Assembly (NCBI RefSeq): GCF_006345805.1
Contig: NC_043004.1
Coordinates: 69,812,001-69,876,000, forward strand
DNA: 64,000 nucleotides
Direction: 5' to 3'
Source of the DNA: Octopus sinensis
Taxonomy: Eukaryota
Part shown: positions 1 through 14,840 of the stretch, piece after piece
Numbering within the stretch: position 1 is the stretch's first letter
Layout: every line of letters begins with the position of its first letter
Notes under the pieces: generated by a model
Told to the model about the DNA's origin: nothing
The model's database searches: none
What the model saw: the letters and a program-made list of their open reading frames with translations, nothing else
Position numbers and translations under genes: made by a program

Positions 1-247
1 TCACTGCTCAACTATCATCCTGGACTCACTTTCATGCAGTACTGCAGACAAGTGACACCATTTGTAAGAACTGTCACCCATTGTTTAAATCAATGCACAT
101 GTCAAGACAAGAGGAATACACATATATAGCACAAGCTTCTTCCCCTATTTCTGTCAACCAAATTCTACTCACAAAGTATTGGTCAACCAACAGCTACGGT
201 AAAGACACCAGCCAACAATGTGTACACAGTGGGCGCAATCTCTAAAC

Positions 248-473
248 CAGTGGTTTGCAACTATTTTTTATCTTTTGACTCCTACTTTATTCTCATTCAA
301 TTTTTTTTAAATCTTATTATTTTTATTATCAAATAATATTAGGAATTATATTTCTAAAAATTGTTAAAATGTTGCATGCATTGTAGAAGCATAACCAATA
401 TACTGCACATAAATTTTAACAAAATTGCATATGGATTCCCAAGGGTCGTAAGGACCCCAGTTGAGAACCACTG
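248..473. mobile_element. hAT-type MITE (MER5-like ends)
   Basis: TIRs CAGTGGTTTGCAAC / GTTGAGAACCACTG with a perfect 8-bp TSD, ctctaaac, on both sides. Confidence 0.85.
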
Positions 474-689
474 CTCTAAACAATGTGGTTCTGAGATGAA
501 CTTCTGAACCATATGGCCATGCCTGTGCCTAGAAGCCATAAAAGAAAATCAGCAAGGGAAATTACCTGAAACACTCATTTATATGAGATATTTTCTATGC
601 AATTATATAATAACATTGCAAATAGTCTCTCAGTTTAATCTTCCTGCTTTTTTTTTAATTCTTTTTTTTTTTTTGGGGGGGGGGTTTCA

Positions 690-1130
690 CATGATGCAGA
701 TGGATGAGGACAGTTGCATAAAAAAGTGCCTATCACTTAGAGTGGAGGGAAGTTGTGGAAGAGGGAGACCTTAGAGATGGGACCAAGTATTGAAGGACAA
801 TATCAAAATGCTGAGCCTTACAAACGAGGTGACAGAGGACGAAGATAAGTGGCACATTGATCTACTCAAGAAGACCTGCTTGCCACAACAAAATTGATAT
901 CCTAAAATCAAGATGCCACATAAAAAGCATTGGTGTAGGTGCTGGTTCCATGTAAAAAGCACCTAGTACACTGTAAGTTAAGTTGGCATTAGGAAGGGCA
1001 TCCAACCATAGAAACCATGCCAAAAGAGACTATGGAAACTGGTGCAGCTCCTGGCCTTACCACTTCCTGTCAAGCCATCCAAACCCATGCTAGCATGGAA
1101 AACGGACATTGAACGATGATGATTGATGAT
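690..1130 (+). mobile_element. 3' fragment of an RTE-type LINE with SINE-like tail
   Basis: Degenerate MDEDSCIKKCLSLRVEGSCGRGRP, ending in ...GGACATTGAACGATGATGA. Confidence 0.7.
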
Positions 1131-1365
1131 GCTTCAGTCATTTGACTATGGCCATGCTGGGTAATCACCTTGAAGGGTTTACTCAAACAAATCAACCCTA
1201 GTACTTATATCAGTCACTTTTGCTGAACTGCTAGGTTACAAAGATGTGAACAAACCAACATTGGTCGTAAAGTAATGGTAGGGGGAACAGACACAAACAC
1301 ACAAATATATATCGTCCAACCCGTGCTAGCGCGGAAAACAGACATTAAACGATGATGATGATGAT

Positions 1366-1399
<34 letters not shown>

Positions 1400-1649
1400 A
1401 TAGGCTACTACACAGTTTCTGTCTACCAAATTCATTTACAAGGCATTGATTGGCCTTGAGTTAGAAGACACTTGCCCATGGTGTTGCACAGTGGGACTGA
1501 ACCTGAAACCATGGTTGCAAAGCACACAGCCATGCCTGTATACAAACTTGGCCAAAATCTACATAAAATTTGCTTGATAACTCAAACATGGAAACAAGAC
1601 TTCATTTATTCAGGTGAGTACGTAAGAGTTAATAGAATATAAAACCTAC

Positions 1650-1747
1650 CAAGGGGTTCCAGGAACAGGGGTACTAGAAACAGGTCGAGCTTTATCAGCA
1701 GCCTTTTGTTCTTCGGTTTTTTCCTCACTTTCTTTCTGCTTTTCATC
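1650..1747 (-). CDS. TCERG1: TCERG1-like exon 11 (DEKQKESEEKTEEQKAADKARPVSSTPVPGTPW), lead-in to WW3; gene continues beyond the window start
   Basis: Acceptor TTTTTTTAG|GAT and donor TG|GTAGGT. 98 nt, phase 0 to 2. RPVSSTPVPGTPW is the motif that precedes WW3 in TCERG1. Confidence 0.9.
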
Positions 1748-2059
1748 CTAAAAAAAGCCATTTATTTTCTCTTCTATAATATCAATGAACACAACAGTAA
1801 TACAAGACACATCATAACTGTAGGGACAAAACAAAAAGAATAATGCTAAAGTATTTCAGTACAAAATCTAAAACTGAGTTACCTCTCTCACCATTTCAAG
1901 TCCAACTATGCAGGAATGCACAACACCAAGTGAACAAAGGTAGCTAGTATCAGACCGACACCAAGTCCAATTTGCCTATGATCTACAGATTGACAAAAAC
2001 AGTTTGTCTTTTTTCTTATATCTTGTATCAGGAGCTGCACCAGTTAAGAATGAAATGTC

Positions 2060-3270
2060 TGATTTTGAACTGAATGTTTATCGTACTTTATCTCAACAAA
2101 AAGCAATGCAGGTAATGTAGGTACCTAAATTATCAACTCAATTTTGCCATTTTATCAACAGCTTCTTTATGCTGGCAGCAAAGAATTCTGGAGAGCAAGA
2201 AGTGATGAAATCATGAAAGGCTGTTTTTGCATCTTCTTCAGATTTGAAGTTTGTTTTTTCTTGCAAAAAGTTTTCTAATGCCTGGAAAACGCAATAGTCA
2301 GTTTGGTGCAAGGTCTGGTGAATATGGTGGATGACAGAGTACTTCCAAGTTCAGTTCCTGTAACTTGAGTAGCATTCTTTGTGCAACATGTGGTCAAGCA
2401 TTGTCTTGCAAAAGAATTGGCCTGTCTCTATTGGCCAATCTCAGTTGTTTAATTGCAAGTTCACTTATTTTATCCAACTGGTTAATGTATACATCCACTG
2501 TTATTGACTTACTAGATCTCATGAAGCTATAAGTGGATGACACTAGAGCTGGACCACCAGACACCATTAGCATTTTTTGGTAAATATTCTCTTTTAGATT
2601 GTGTTTTGGCAATTCATCTCTATCCAACCACCATGCAGAATGCTTGCTGTTGTTGAAGAGAATCTATTTTTCATCACACGTAACAATACTAAGTAAAAAT
2701 AGTTCACTTCTATGCCATGACAGCAAAGAACAGGTTTCAAGATGACAAGTCATTTGATGCTTGTTCAGTACATGTGGTACCCACTTGTCCAGCTTCTTTA
2801 CCTTGCCGATTTGTTTCAGATGGTCCAATACAGTTAGAATCGAAACATCAAACCTTGCTGCTAATTCAAACATAGTTTGAAATGTCATTACTTCCACTAG
2901 TTTCAAGCTCATTATCCACCTTGGTCTCACGTCTACCAAAGGGCTGATTTTCAAGAGTAAAGTCACCAGACCAAAACTTCTCAAACTATCGACGTACAGT
3001 ACGCTAATTTGCCACATCTTCACCAAACACCTCAATGATGTTTTGAGCTGTCTGGGATGCACTGGTTCCACGATGGAACTCATATTCATAAACAACATGA
3101 ATTTTGGATCTATCCAAGGGTTCACAAAAATTGATTTACAAGAGAAAAGTCACAATATAATCAGACACCATGATTTGCATTTCGAAAGTGATCTAAACTC
3201 TTCAATGTCATAAAGCAAAGAATTGTCAGGATAAAACATTAGAGTTAACGACTGTCAAATTTGGTGCATA
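2060..3270 (-). mobile_element. Decayed mariner transposon
   Basis: Frameshifted transposase motifs KKLDKWVPH, IVTCDEK, ILLQDNA and HPPYSPDLAP. Boundaries approximate. Confidence 0.8.
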
Positions 3271-3498
3271 AGAAAATCTGACATTACATTCTTAATGACC
3301 TGATACGTCCTTCAGTCAGACTGTGGTCATGCTGGAGCTCTGCCTTGAAGAATTTTAGTCAATAGATCAACACTAGTACTTTTCTTTTTTTAAGCCAGGT
3401 ACTTATTCTATTGGGCTCTTTTATTGAACTGCTAAGTTACAGGGACGTAAACAAACCAATACTAGTTATCAAGCAGTGATGGGATACAGACCCATATA

Positions 3499-3713
3499 CA
3501 GTAATGCATCGACTATCGTGGGTGTTATGTTCCAAAACACCCCATGATAGGTGAAAAACCAAAGTATAAACAGGAATGTATTTTGTTTTTATCACTTTTA
3601 TAATTTGCATATATTTATTTTATTATAAATGCAAAACACCACCATAGAGGAATTGACCTAAGCTTAAATGATAAACCGCGATAGGTGAACCACGATATGG
3701 CGAGGGATTACTG
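3499..3713. mobile_element. pogo/Tigger-like MITE (second copy at 34704-34897)
   Basis: TIRs CAGTAAT...ATTACTG with TA flanks. The two copies share the internal ATAGGTGAAAA motif. Confidence 0.7.
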
Positions 3714-3719
3714 TATGTA

Positions 3720-3811
<92 letters not shown>

Positions 3812-4527
3812 GTGTGTGTATATATATATATATATATGATAAACATCTTTCAGTTTCCTTCTACCAAGGATTTGCTTGGCCCAAGGCTATAGTTGAAGAT
3901 GCTAATCTTCTCTGTATCATTCCAATTTTAGAATATGAACTGCCAAAAATAGTACGAAAACAGTGAAGAAATTATGTGCTCAAGTTGTATCCAACTTAAT
4001 TATTGTCTGTGAGATGTGAAGTCCTGGTCAAGAGAAAGGAAAACATGATGTATCAGTAATGATAGATCAGAGGACAATACCAAGACACTGGGCCAACCAT
4101 CGGTGTGCCATAGGTTTGCTTCGTCAAAGCCAACCTGAGACTATAGAACGTTCTTCTTTATATTGTTTTTTTAGACAGTGATCTGAGGTAGAAACTTTCC
4201 CAGTGATTGGGATCACCAACTGTAAAAGCCCCACTAAAATAAAGTATCTATTGTACAGATATTAACATGAACATTGGATTCAAAAACTGATGATAAATTT
4301 AATTAATGGTGGGGACGTTTTGAACTGGGGGAGGGAGGCAAAAATGGTAAAACAGCAAAAATTACTCTATAACAAATTAGATAATTATTTTGCATCAATG
4401 ATAAGATGTATTGTTGACAATGCCGATATCATGGATCCGTACCAAAAATGTTTAAGAACTAAACACAGAAAATAGAAACCAAATACTTTCAATTCAAGTC
4501 TTATAATCACCACTGTTGTTCTCTTAC

Positions 4528-4685
4528 CTCATCGCTTTTCTCTTCTTCTTCTTTTGAAGGTAATGTTTCCATGGGAATTTCCTCCGATTCTTCTGTTCCA
4601 TTTACTTGTAACATCGTGTTAATCTGAGTGTTACACTCAGTGGCTGTGGCAGCTGGGTCAGGCTTCTGGAGCTGTGCTAGTTTGG
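4528..4685 (-). CDS. TCERG1: TCERG1-like exon 10, acidic linker (AKLAQLQKPDPAA...EEEEKSDE)
   Basis: Acceptor TATAG|CC and donor GAG|GTAAGA. 158 nt, phase 1 to 0. Confidence 0.82.
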
Positions 4686-5041
4686 CTATATACCAGTGAT
4701 AAGCAGTCATGTTAACTTCATGATAGCAAGCAAAAACAAATCAACATTTCTTTTTTTATCATCAACAAATAAATTAATTTCAACCACCAGCTTTGTGAAA
4801 TTATCCTTAACAATATTAGCTAATACAAAATCTGCATATACAATATAAGTGTGTATGTGCATATACAGCATAAATCCTGTACCCTCACTGCTGACAAAAT
4901 TCCAGATGAAAGGAATTCAAATCCAACTTTAGCAGATACAGGAGTGTTCAAATTTCATACATCTTCAAGTATTATGCTCTGTGATGAATCAGACTACTAT
5001 TTTGTAGATTTGTTTTGCATTCAACCAACTAATCAAATGTA

Positions 5042-5172
5042 CAGGGGTGGGCAAAATTAGGTATACAGTTGCTTAATATGAGTGGAATGTTCTTTCCAGT
5101 TCTTATCCAAAAAAAGAAATAGAGGCATGAAAGAACATTCCACTGTATAACACCTACTTTTGACCACCCCTG
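5042..5172. mobile_element. Tc1-like MITE, 131 bp
   Basis: TIRs CAGGGGTGGGCAAAATTAGGT / ACCTACTTTTGACCACCCCTG with TA TSD. Confidence 0.75.
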
Positions 5173-6678
5173 TATATATGAATCAATATATACTGCCAAT
5201 ATATTTTGCATTGAAATTGTGACTATATAAATCTTCATTCTATTTCAGTTTTTTTCAAAGGATGTAAAAATGATGACAATAAATAAAATATAGTGTGGTA
5301 TATGTTCATCACTTTATCACACATGTCAACCTAACAACCTCTCCCTAATTCTGCCCACAATAACATTATTCAAACTAAATATGTAGCAACTGTTTATGCA
5401 ACAATTCAAGAGCTTCACTAATTATTTAACATTCAAAAAGCATAAACAGAAATTAACATTTCTCTGACGTACTGACGTTCAGAAACCCTTTAATATATTA
5501 CTTTAAATGGATTAAAACTTTACATCTGAAAAGTTTCAAGAGAAAGTATTTGAGACACGGGTTTCACTATAGAATTATTTATAGAAAATAAATAGTTCTC
5601 TAATAAAATGTTTGAAACCTGATAATCTAAAATCTTATCCTACCGAAAAAATGCCATTATTCAGTAGCAGTATCAAGTTTGTAGATCTACTGCCTTCTTC
5701 ATGTCACAAAATAATACATTTCAAACCAAAAACTGAAAAAGCAAATTATGTAGTTAACATACACCTAATAAGTGCCAGAAAATTTGAATGTCAAATAATT
5801 ACATTAAAATTAGCCAAAATTAGCTTTTCTTTATAGTTTATATTTAATGCTGTAGAGTCAAGTTGTTTTTAAGTTTACCTTGGTCAATCTAATAAAATTA
5901 AATATCAGACTCCAGTAAAAGGATTTTACACCACTATGATAATTTCTTTCACATATACCAAATTTAAATACTAGGGCTTTTCTTTTCCTTTTTTTTTTTT
6001 GTATTGTAATCTATTTGAGTTTCCCTCAGAAGGATCTAAGGGAGATTGTAAACAACTGAGCTTACTGAGCAAGTTATCTGAACATTATCCATCAGTTCCA
6101 AATAGTGTAACAGCTGTCAGCAAAAATAAAAAAATAAGATACTGTTTAGAATAAATTTCTAGAAAGGACTTGTATAAAATAAAGTAAGTGGAAAACACTA
6201 TAAATTGTAAAGAAAATAACCACCTGATCATTTTATTTTTGTCCATTTTAATGAGAAAATCTTCAAAGAATTAACATTAACAGAACATTATTCATGTTAT
6301 ACTTAGTAAACAAGAACTTAAAAGAAAAAAGATTATACTTAAGATGTAGTAATGATAGAAACCAAATTTATGTTAATTGTGAAATGAGAATGCCTATAAC
6401 AAGAGTTACTATTAAAAAAAAATGCATCTGATCACATGGTTAAATGGGTGAAAAATTTCATGCTCAAGATATAGTAAATAAATTGACAAGAATTTGTTAC
6501 AAAACTCCAAGAGAAAAATATACATCTAAATTACAAACCATTTTACACCCCGAGAGCAAAGATTGCTTAGGTTACCATGCAACCATGACCATACATATAG
6601 ATATCTGCTGAGACTGGTGCTGAAAAACAAAACAAAAAATTAAGAAAATAGAATAAAAGACTCCGTCTTCATTCTTAC

Positions 6679-6808
6679 CATCCCATTCTATAAGAACCTG
6701 TGGTTTATCCCAAGTGGATTCCATTGTTTTGGCATTATAGTAATAGACTCGGCCATCAGCATTCTTGTGTTCTGACCACTCAGCAACTTCTGGGGGTTTC
6801 GCAGGAAG
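6679..6808 (-). CDS. TCERG1: TCERG1-like exon 9, WW2 ([43 protein letters not shown])
   Basis: Canonical WW signature W..YYYN..T..STWDKP. Acceptor TTCCAG|CTT and donor G|GTAAGA. 130 nt, phase 0 to 1. Confidence 0.93.
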
Positions 6809-7731
6809 CTGGAATATTGGTAAGTAAATAGTGTAAAGCAAAAATTCTCAAAACAAGAAACCCCAAAGGGTATGCAAGAGAAATTATGGAGGTATAGAAG
6901 TTTAGCAGAAATACTGAAATTTCAAAGTAATCATGACTACTTCAATGAAACTTTTGTAAACCCGTCATATAGCTGGCAAGCGCCATTGCCAATCACTGCA
7001 CAGTAACTTAATTAATTCATAGTTATTCCCCTTAATTGACTCCTCTATTCAGTTTTATTTTCTCCCACACCTAGGCTAACCAACTTAAAACCCCAGAAAA
7101 CTATGTTTTGGTAAATCTTTTTCAACTGAGCATCATCATCGTTTAACGTCCGTTTTCCATGCTGGCATCGGTTGGACAGTTTGACAGGGGCTGGCTAGAC
7201 AGAAGACTGCACCAGGTTTCACTGCCTGTTTTGGCAGGGGTTTTATGGCTATATGCCCTTTCTAACACCAATCATCTTACAGAATGCATGTATAATTTAA
7301 TAGAAAATGTCCTGTATTGATTGAAAGCAACATTTTTCTTTTTATAAATTTATTAAAGAACAATGGTGTTTCAAGACCCCAGATTAGTTTGAAGTACCTA
7401 CCTATATATTAGGCCAACAAACTAAAATATTTGCAACTCTGGTAATAGAGTTAAAAAACGAAGAGAGAAAAAGATATTGGTGAAGACAGATCAATTTTGA
7501 TTTTCACCAGTATAACGAGAAAAAAAGAGAGAGAGAGAAAGAGTGGGCAACCATTTCTAACAATATGTCAAAATTCTATAAAATTATTCAATGAAACCAC
7601 GCTTTTAGGAAACAATATTTTTCAAACAGTAGCAAACCTACATGCCATCTATATGATTCCCTGAGAAGTATAAGAAACCTTATACATAAATAGAAACTTT
7701 AATTTTGTATTACTACAAAGAAACTGAATAC

Positions 7732-7805
7732 CATTGTCAAAATGAAAGGTATTTGTCCTGTTGGGTCCACCATTGCAAACATTCCTCCCAACCATCTTGG
7801 AGGCC
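7732..7805 (-). CDS. TCERG1: Putative TCERG1-like exon 8 (PPRWLGGMFAMVDPTGQIPFILTM)
   Basis: Acceptor CCTTTACAG|GG and weak donor ATG|GTATTC. 74 nt, phase 1 to 0, complementary in phase to the 79-nt exon. Confidence 0.55.
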
Positions 7806-8068
7806 CTGTAAAGGATTGTAGACATTGCCCTTCTTTTCTAAGAGTTTAAAAAAAAGGAGAAAATGGTCACATTTCACTGAAGAAAGGGCCAATAAGGTTT
7901 CAACATTAATATTTCTAACAATATCTAGAGAGAGACAATCACAGCAAAAAAAGCTAAGGAAGTTAAACCCTGCAGAAAATCCAGATGAAGGGATCCTAAG
8001 GCAGACAAGTAGTTATAGTTAACTAATATCTGGCCTCCTATACAACTCCATGAATGTTGCAAACATAC

Positions 8069-8147
8069 CGAGTTTTTTTCTTTCCTTCATGGGGTAACCA
8101 TGAGTGAAGGGGGTAGGTGATAAGTAATTTGGGCTAGACATTTGTTT
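8069..8147 (-). CDS. TCERG1: Putative TCERG1-like exon 7 (KQMSSPNYLSPTPFTHGYPMKERKKLG)
   Basis: Acceptor GCTGTTTCCAG|AAA and strong donor CG|GTATGT. 79 nt, phase 0 to 1, open frame. Not in the ORF track. Confidence 0.6.
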
Positions 8148-8548
8148 CTGGAAACAGCCCAGGCAGAGCAGAGATGCCTAAGTTACTGTCTCTGCAATGC
8201 CAACAACCAACAACAAAAAGGTCAACTAAAGAAATGTAATAGTAAATAGTTAAATAGAACTACTATCAAATTTCTATTAGTGTTATTTAATATGTTTTAA
8301 TACTTATATGGAACATACTGTCATTTTAACAAGACAATTATTATTTATTTCTTTATTGCCCACACGGGGCTAAACATAGAGAGGACAAACAAGGACAGAC
8401 AAAGGGATTAAGTCGATTACACCGACCCCAGTACATAACTGATACTTATTTAATCAACTCCAAAAGGATGAAAGGCAAAGTCGATCTCGGCGGAATTTCG
8501 CCCAGCATGCTAACGATTCTGCTGCCCAAAACAATTATTATCAACCAC

Positions 8549-8710
8549 GGAGTGGTTGGCGTTAGGAAGGGCATCCAGCTGTAGAAACATTGCCAGATTA
8601 GACTGGAGCCTGGTGCAGCCTTCTGGCTTCCCAGAACCCCGGTCGAACCGTCCAACCCATGCCAGCATGGAGAACGGACGTTAAACGATGATGATGATGA
8701 TGATGATGAT
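8549..8710 (+). mobile_element. SINE family A (RTE-tail SINE ending GGACGTTAAACGATGATG). Other copies near 7134(-), 17585(-), 22008(-), 23935(-), 26325(-), 33555(+), 34270(+), 39615(-), 49545(+), 49968(-), 51405(+), 53890(-)
   Basis: Recurrent GGAGTGGTTGGCGTTAGGAAGGGCATCCAGCTGTAGAAAC core with a (GAT)n tail, the same as the 3' end of the RTE LINE at 19687. Confidence 0.85.
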
Positions 8711-10739
8711 ATCAGACAACCACCAATCTTACTAATTGAAATATTAACTGAATTTTTATATTTATTATGTATTCAATTAACTGGTTCAATGAAGAAATGT
8801 TGAAATTTTGCAAGTAATATACCCATTATAGATGCTCAGGTGTAAATCTGTTTTCATAGAAGATTTGAGGAGTTTGAAGGTACGAAATAGTAGAATGTTA
8901 TTGAAAGCAGTAGTTGTAAATTTTTAAAAGAACAACCCTATATGTAATAAAATAGTGTACAAACAAAAATATAATCACCAATATCTATATACTATGGAAC
9001 TAAGATGTAAGTCAGCACAAAATAATACCACTACCTTAGTCCAGATTAACATCACATTATAAGTCATGTTGCATTGGGCAAACACATGACAAAGTAGAAA
9101 GAACCCACTCAGTGAAGAGCAGAAAAGCAACCAGTACACCGTGTAAAGTGGTTAACAATACAGTGGAGACTATGTAGAATCAAAAAAAAATTCTTTAGCT
9201 ATGTAGAACACGAGAACCTCTCTAATGACAGTATCATGATAAAATGCACACTGTACATTTTGCAAAGTGGTTGGTGATGAGAAGGACAATCAGTTATATA
9301 AAAAAAAAAAAATATGCCAAAAATAATTCTCAAGTGAGACGTGGTTGTCTGACCATGAGAATTGGCTTGGACCAGGATGCCAGCAAGGGAAGTAAACATA
9401 TAATAATCCTGATGATTTTCATATCTGATATTCATATATTACAATATCTCTGATAATATATTATGTAAATGAACTAACCAAAAACTATGCCTGATGCAGA
9501 GATGACCCTACCAAGGATATGGAAATGTAATGTAACATTTCTAGAAGTTAAAATTTAAAAGCAATGACAGTATTTCTTATTAAACACTAATAATGGTTCC
9601 CAAATATTCTTTAGTTAAATTCATAGAACGTCATGATATAACATATTTAGTTAATATTTTTTTCAGTTAAGTTTGTGTACAAAAAAAAATGTCTTGGTAG
9701 AGTCAATTTTGAGGTCTCTCTAACACTTTTCAATACCAACCCACATGAAACTACCTTTGGTCCTATGGTACACAAACTTTTTCTCACCTCAACTTTTTAG
9801 CATTCAGATTACTATGTCAAATATAATGCTTAACTATTCACATTGTTTTGAATTAATCATGCATTATCTCATAGCTTCAAGATTTCAATGATGTGATAAT
9901 TTTTAAAATTGTAAGGTAGGTGTGTGTGAGAGGATGGATTTGATCAGTTTGAACATAAAAAAAAAAAACAGGTAAAATATTTAAGCCAGATAAGGTTTAA
10001 GTATTCATATTTATTGTAAATTCATAATGATGGAATAAATATTTTAAGTTATGTCTCAAACACCACGTCAATAATATAAAAATTATTTTTCATTATTTTC
10101 AAAATTAATTATAACAAAGACAGAAAGGATTAAAAGATGTGCACACGTGAGGAACTGGAAGAATTTGGATCAAGTAAAGAAGTCTACGTTCACTGCATCA
10201 GAATGGAAAATTTCTAAGAATCATAACATTAAAGAAATGTTTAATACTATGAAGTTGACAATCTTTTTTTTACTATATTTCTATTGAAATACAGTGATTT
10301 TATTTCAATCAATTTTGAAGATAATGAAGAATTTAGTAAAATAACTTTGTTATTAAGCCAGTGTTTGAGACATAATTAACATGAGATTTTGAGGGGAGAA
10401 AGTTTTAATTTAGGTCACATTAAAACAGGAAGTTTTTATCATAGAACCAGGGGCAACGAGCATTAGGCTAGTGCAAAACTAAGTGCAATTTTTGGAATTT
10501 TAACCTGTAATTCTTATTTGGAATAAACTTTTAACTATGTTCATGTAATCATAGCATTGGGAATGTAGGTTTCTATCTATTGGCTAATGTGACTGGTTTC
10601 ATTCCTACTGTTTATTCTTGGTTAAGTAGTTTAATTAAAGACAGAAAAAGGCAAATTTTAGTAATTTTAAGCATGACTGTGTCAATAAGTTTGCTTCCCA
10701 GCTGCATGGGTTTGGATTCAGTTCATCCCAATGATACTA

Positions 10740-11159
10740 AAAAACTTCAGCAATTACATCTGGTATTGGTCAATCAAAGAGGACCAATTCTTCTCCATGA
10801 CAATGCTCATCCAAGTCACAATAAATAACTTTGCAGAAATTCAAAAGATTGGGCTATGAAATGCCACCTCGCCCAGCTTACTCTCCAGATAATTCTCCGA
10901 CTACCACTTTTTCAAACATCTCAATAACTACTTGGAAAAGAAGGTCTTCAACAACCAAACAAGTCAAAACTGTCTAAAAATAGAATTCACTAGTTCCAAA
11001 ATGCCAGAATTCTGTATAATCAAAATAGACTTGTTCCTTGTTGACAAAAATCTATAAATTCTAATGGCTATTTTGATTGATAAAATTTATTCTGAGCTGA
11101 GATACATTGCTATGAAGTTGATGGCTAAAAACTGCAATTATTTTTGCACCAACCTGATA
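10740..11159 (+). mobile_element. 3' half of a decayed mariner with right TIR
   Basis: NQRGPILLHDNAHP, a YSPD-like motif and a terminal GCAATTATTTTTGCACCAACCTGATA. Confidence 0.7.
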
Positions 11160-11197
11160 ATTAAAAAAATAAATTTTGGATAGAATCAATTACAAAC

Positions 11198-11397
11198 CTG
11201 GCCTTGGGGTGGCTTTTCTGCTACAACAGCAGACTGGTCAGTTGTGTGAACCGTCTCTGACTGAGGTGCTGCAATAACAAGTGGAGGTGTTACAGTTGCG
11301 GCTGTGGACACTGCTGTTACTGGCGTACTCAACTGTGGTATTACATTAGTATTAAAACCAGGAGGTACCAAATTTGGATTAAATCCAGGAGGTAAGT
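11198..11397 (-). CDS. TCERG1: TCERG1-like exon 6 (LPPGFNPNLVPPGFNTNVIPQ...EKPPQGQ)
   Basis: Acceptor TTCTTGTAG|AC and donor CAG|GTTTGT. 200 nt, phase 1 to 0. Confidence 0.8.
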
Positions 11398-11500
11398 CTA
11401 CAAGAATAAGTTTAAATAAAAGCAAAAGCAAAATCAGAAATGCCCAGCATCCAAAGAAAGAAGTTTTGTGTTAGGAGGATTTGTTAAAAGCTTTATGATA

Positions 11501-11550
<50 letters not shown>

Positions 11551-11972
11551 CATAATTCCAATTACATTGTTAAAAGCTTACTCAAATTTTAGATATCAAA
11601 ATTTAATAGCATTATTTTCTTCGTGAATGAAAAATTTTCCCAAAACTAGGAAACTAAGTTTTGTTTTTAATTTCTTTTCTTTAAAATGCTCAGAACAAGT
11701 TTTGCTGAACTTTACACACAAAGCTTGGAGTTATTAAAACAAAAAAAAAGGGCTGTCAAAAGCTTAATTAAATAAGTTCTGGTGTTAAAGAGCTGATGAA
11801 CAGAGCAGCCAATAAACCCTAAACTGGTTAGAAACATAGCATTTTATTAGCTTTTACTATACAGCTTCAAAGCTAAAGTGTTATTGAATTATGCAGGATG
11901 GTCATGTATAATATATTTGTCCCATTTCAATGAAATAAAATGTTAATAATTATATTAATGAAATTATGTATC

Positions 11973-12006
<34 letters not shown>

Positions 12007-12358
12007 TATATATATACACACATATATATATATACACAAATATAAAGACATTCATACTTTATAAAACATAATCTCAGAGTGTTTTTTTTTGCTCATGCAA
12101 ATACCAAATAACGGAACCGTTAACATTCAATTTATGTATGTGTGTGTGTGTGTGTGTGTAACATTCGATATTGTTGTAGAATGTGTAGGAAACAGGATAT
12201 TTACAGATGGTGAGACTAACTTAGCAGCTAATTAAAGGTGAAACGAAGTCCCAGTGAAAATAATGTGTATGTGTGTTTGAATATATATATAAACACACCT
12301 GTGTGTGTGTGTATATATACATATATGTGTGGGTATGTATGTTTATCAGCATGTGTGC

Positions 12359-12399
<41 letters not shown>

Positions 12400-12679
12400 T
12401 ATATGTTTGTAAGTAGAGTTGGTAGATAGAAAACTAAACAAAGCTTGGCATCATGTGGTGGTTGCAAATGAGCATCAACTTAAAAGCAATGGGGTTTACG
12501 GCAATGGGAAAATATCTTGCTAGAAAACAGGTGAGGGTTGGTGACAGGAAGGGCATTCAACTGTAGAAAATCTGCCTTAACAAATTCCATCTGATCCATG
12601 TGTGCATGGAAAAGTGGACAGTGTGTGTGTGTGTGTGTGTAACTCTTGGAAATGTATAGGAAAACTTTGCTCTGGATCA

Positions 12680-13041
12680 TCTTTATATATAAAAGAGAGG
12701 TTGTGTGCTGTCTGTCTCCTACGATTTAGATTCTTAACTACTCCCACATTTTGCGGTGCAGTGTAACCAAAAGTGGGTGTCTTATAGTCGTGATTCATAT
12801 CGAGCCCTTCTGGGTATTAGCACGCGTCTACGATTTAAAAAAAAATTACCATCAATTTTTCCCATTTTTGGAATATATAATGGAAGTAATTCTCTAAAGA
12901 TTTATTATTAAATCTCAGAACGTAAAAAGCTACAGTAACCCCCCCCCCCTTGTGGTTAGCCATATTGAGATGGCTATTATACTTTACATCTCTAAAAATG
13001 CTTCCCTTACAAACCCGAGCAACGCCGGGCGATATTGCTAG
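12680..13041 (+). mobile_element. Non-autonomous Helitron, copy 1
   Basis: 5' TC (A|TCTTTATATATAAAAG), 3' hairpin CCCGAGCAACGCCGGG followed by CTAG|T. Inserted at an AT site with no TSD. Confidence 0.85.
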
Positions 13042-13459
13042 TTCATTATAAAGGAAAACTGTGCATGATGGGCAAATGGAATTCAAAGAAAATTCTATCA
13101 AGCAGGAACAGCTCAATTTAACATGTAACTAGTGTGGGCGTGTCTGTAAGGCAGGCTTCAGAATTTATCAGTGAGGCCACACACAGGGAAGTTGTTAACT
13201 ATGCATTATACGGAATCTCTATTTGCAAGGAGTGCAGAAAAAAATGTGCACTGAGACACAGACTGAAATGTTATATGACCGTTGACCAAAACAATATTAC
13301 AACACCTACTGCAAGAGACGCCTATCACTGCTACACCTGTACGATATGACTGAAAAGCCATACTCATGCAGCTTATCTTTAAGAGAACAATCACAGGATG
13401 ACAAAATTGAGTTGCAGCCATCGTAGCTATGCGCATGCAGAGACGTGTGTGTATGTATA

Positions 13460-14444
<985 letters not shown>

Positions 14445-14794
14445 CATATGCATGCACATCTATTTATTTTTTATATATATATGTTACCAAACATATAGGA
14501 ACCATATAAAAAAAAAATTTCAGAACATGTTAAATCTTCCAAGAGAATCATTCACCAATTATCAGAGCCCCATATAATCTTATGCAATGACCAGAAACAG
14601 ATGAAATTTAACCATTACAAGGAACTGTATTTTTTAAAGCAAGCAAAAAAAAAAAAAAAAATATTATTCAAAACTAATTCAATGAATATAAAGTTTAAAA
14701 CTTCAAAAATACAACATGAATTTACAAAACAAAAAGAAAAAAAGCTACCAACCGAAAGAAGGAAAGTGAAACTGTAGAACATGCTCTGATGTAC

Positions 14795-14840
<46 letters not shown>

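Noticed and set aside
3664-3966. [14 protein letters not shown]-type ORFs here and throughout the window
   Set aside because: Translations of (TA)n and (CA)n microsatellites.
4030-4470. Possible intronic snoRNA or structured RNA
   Set aside because: No paired C/D or H/ACA boxes with terminal stems could be identified by eye.
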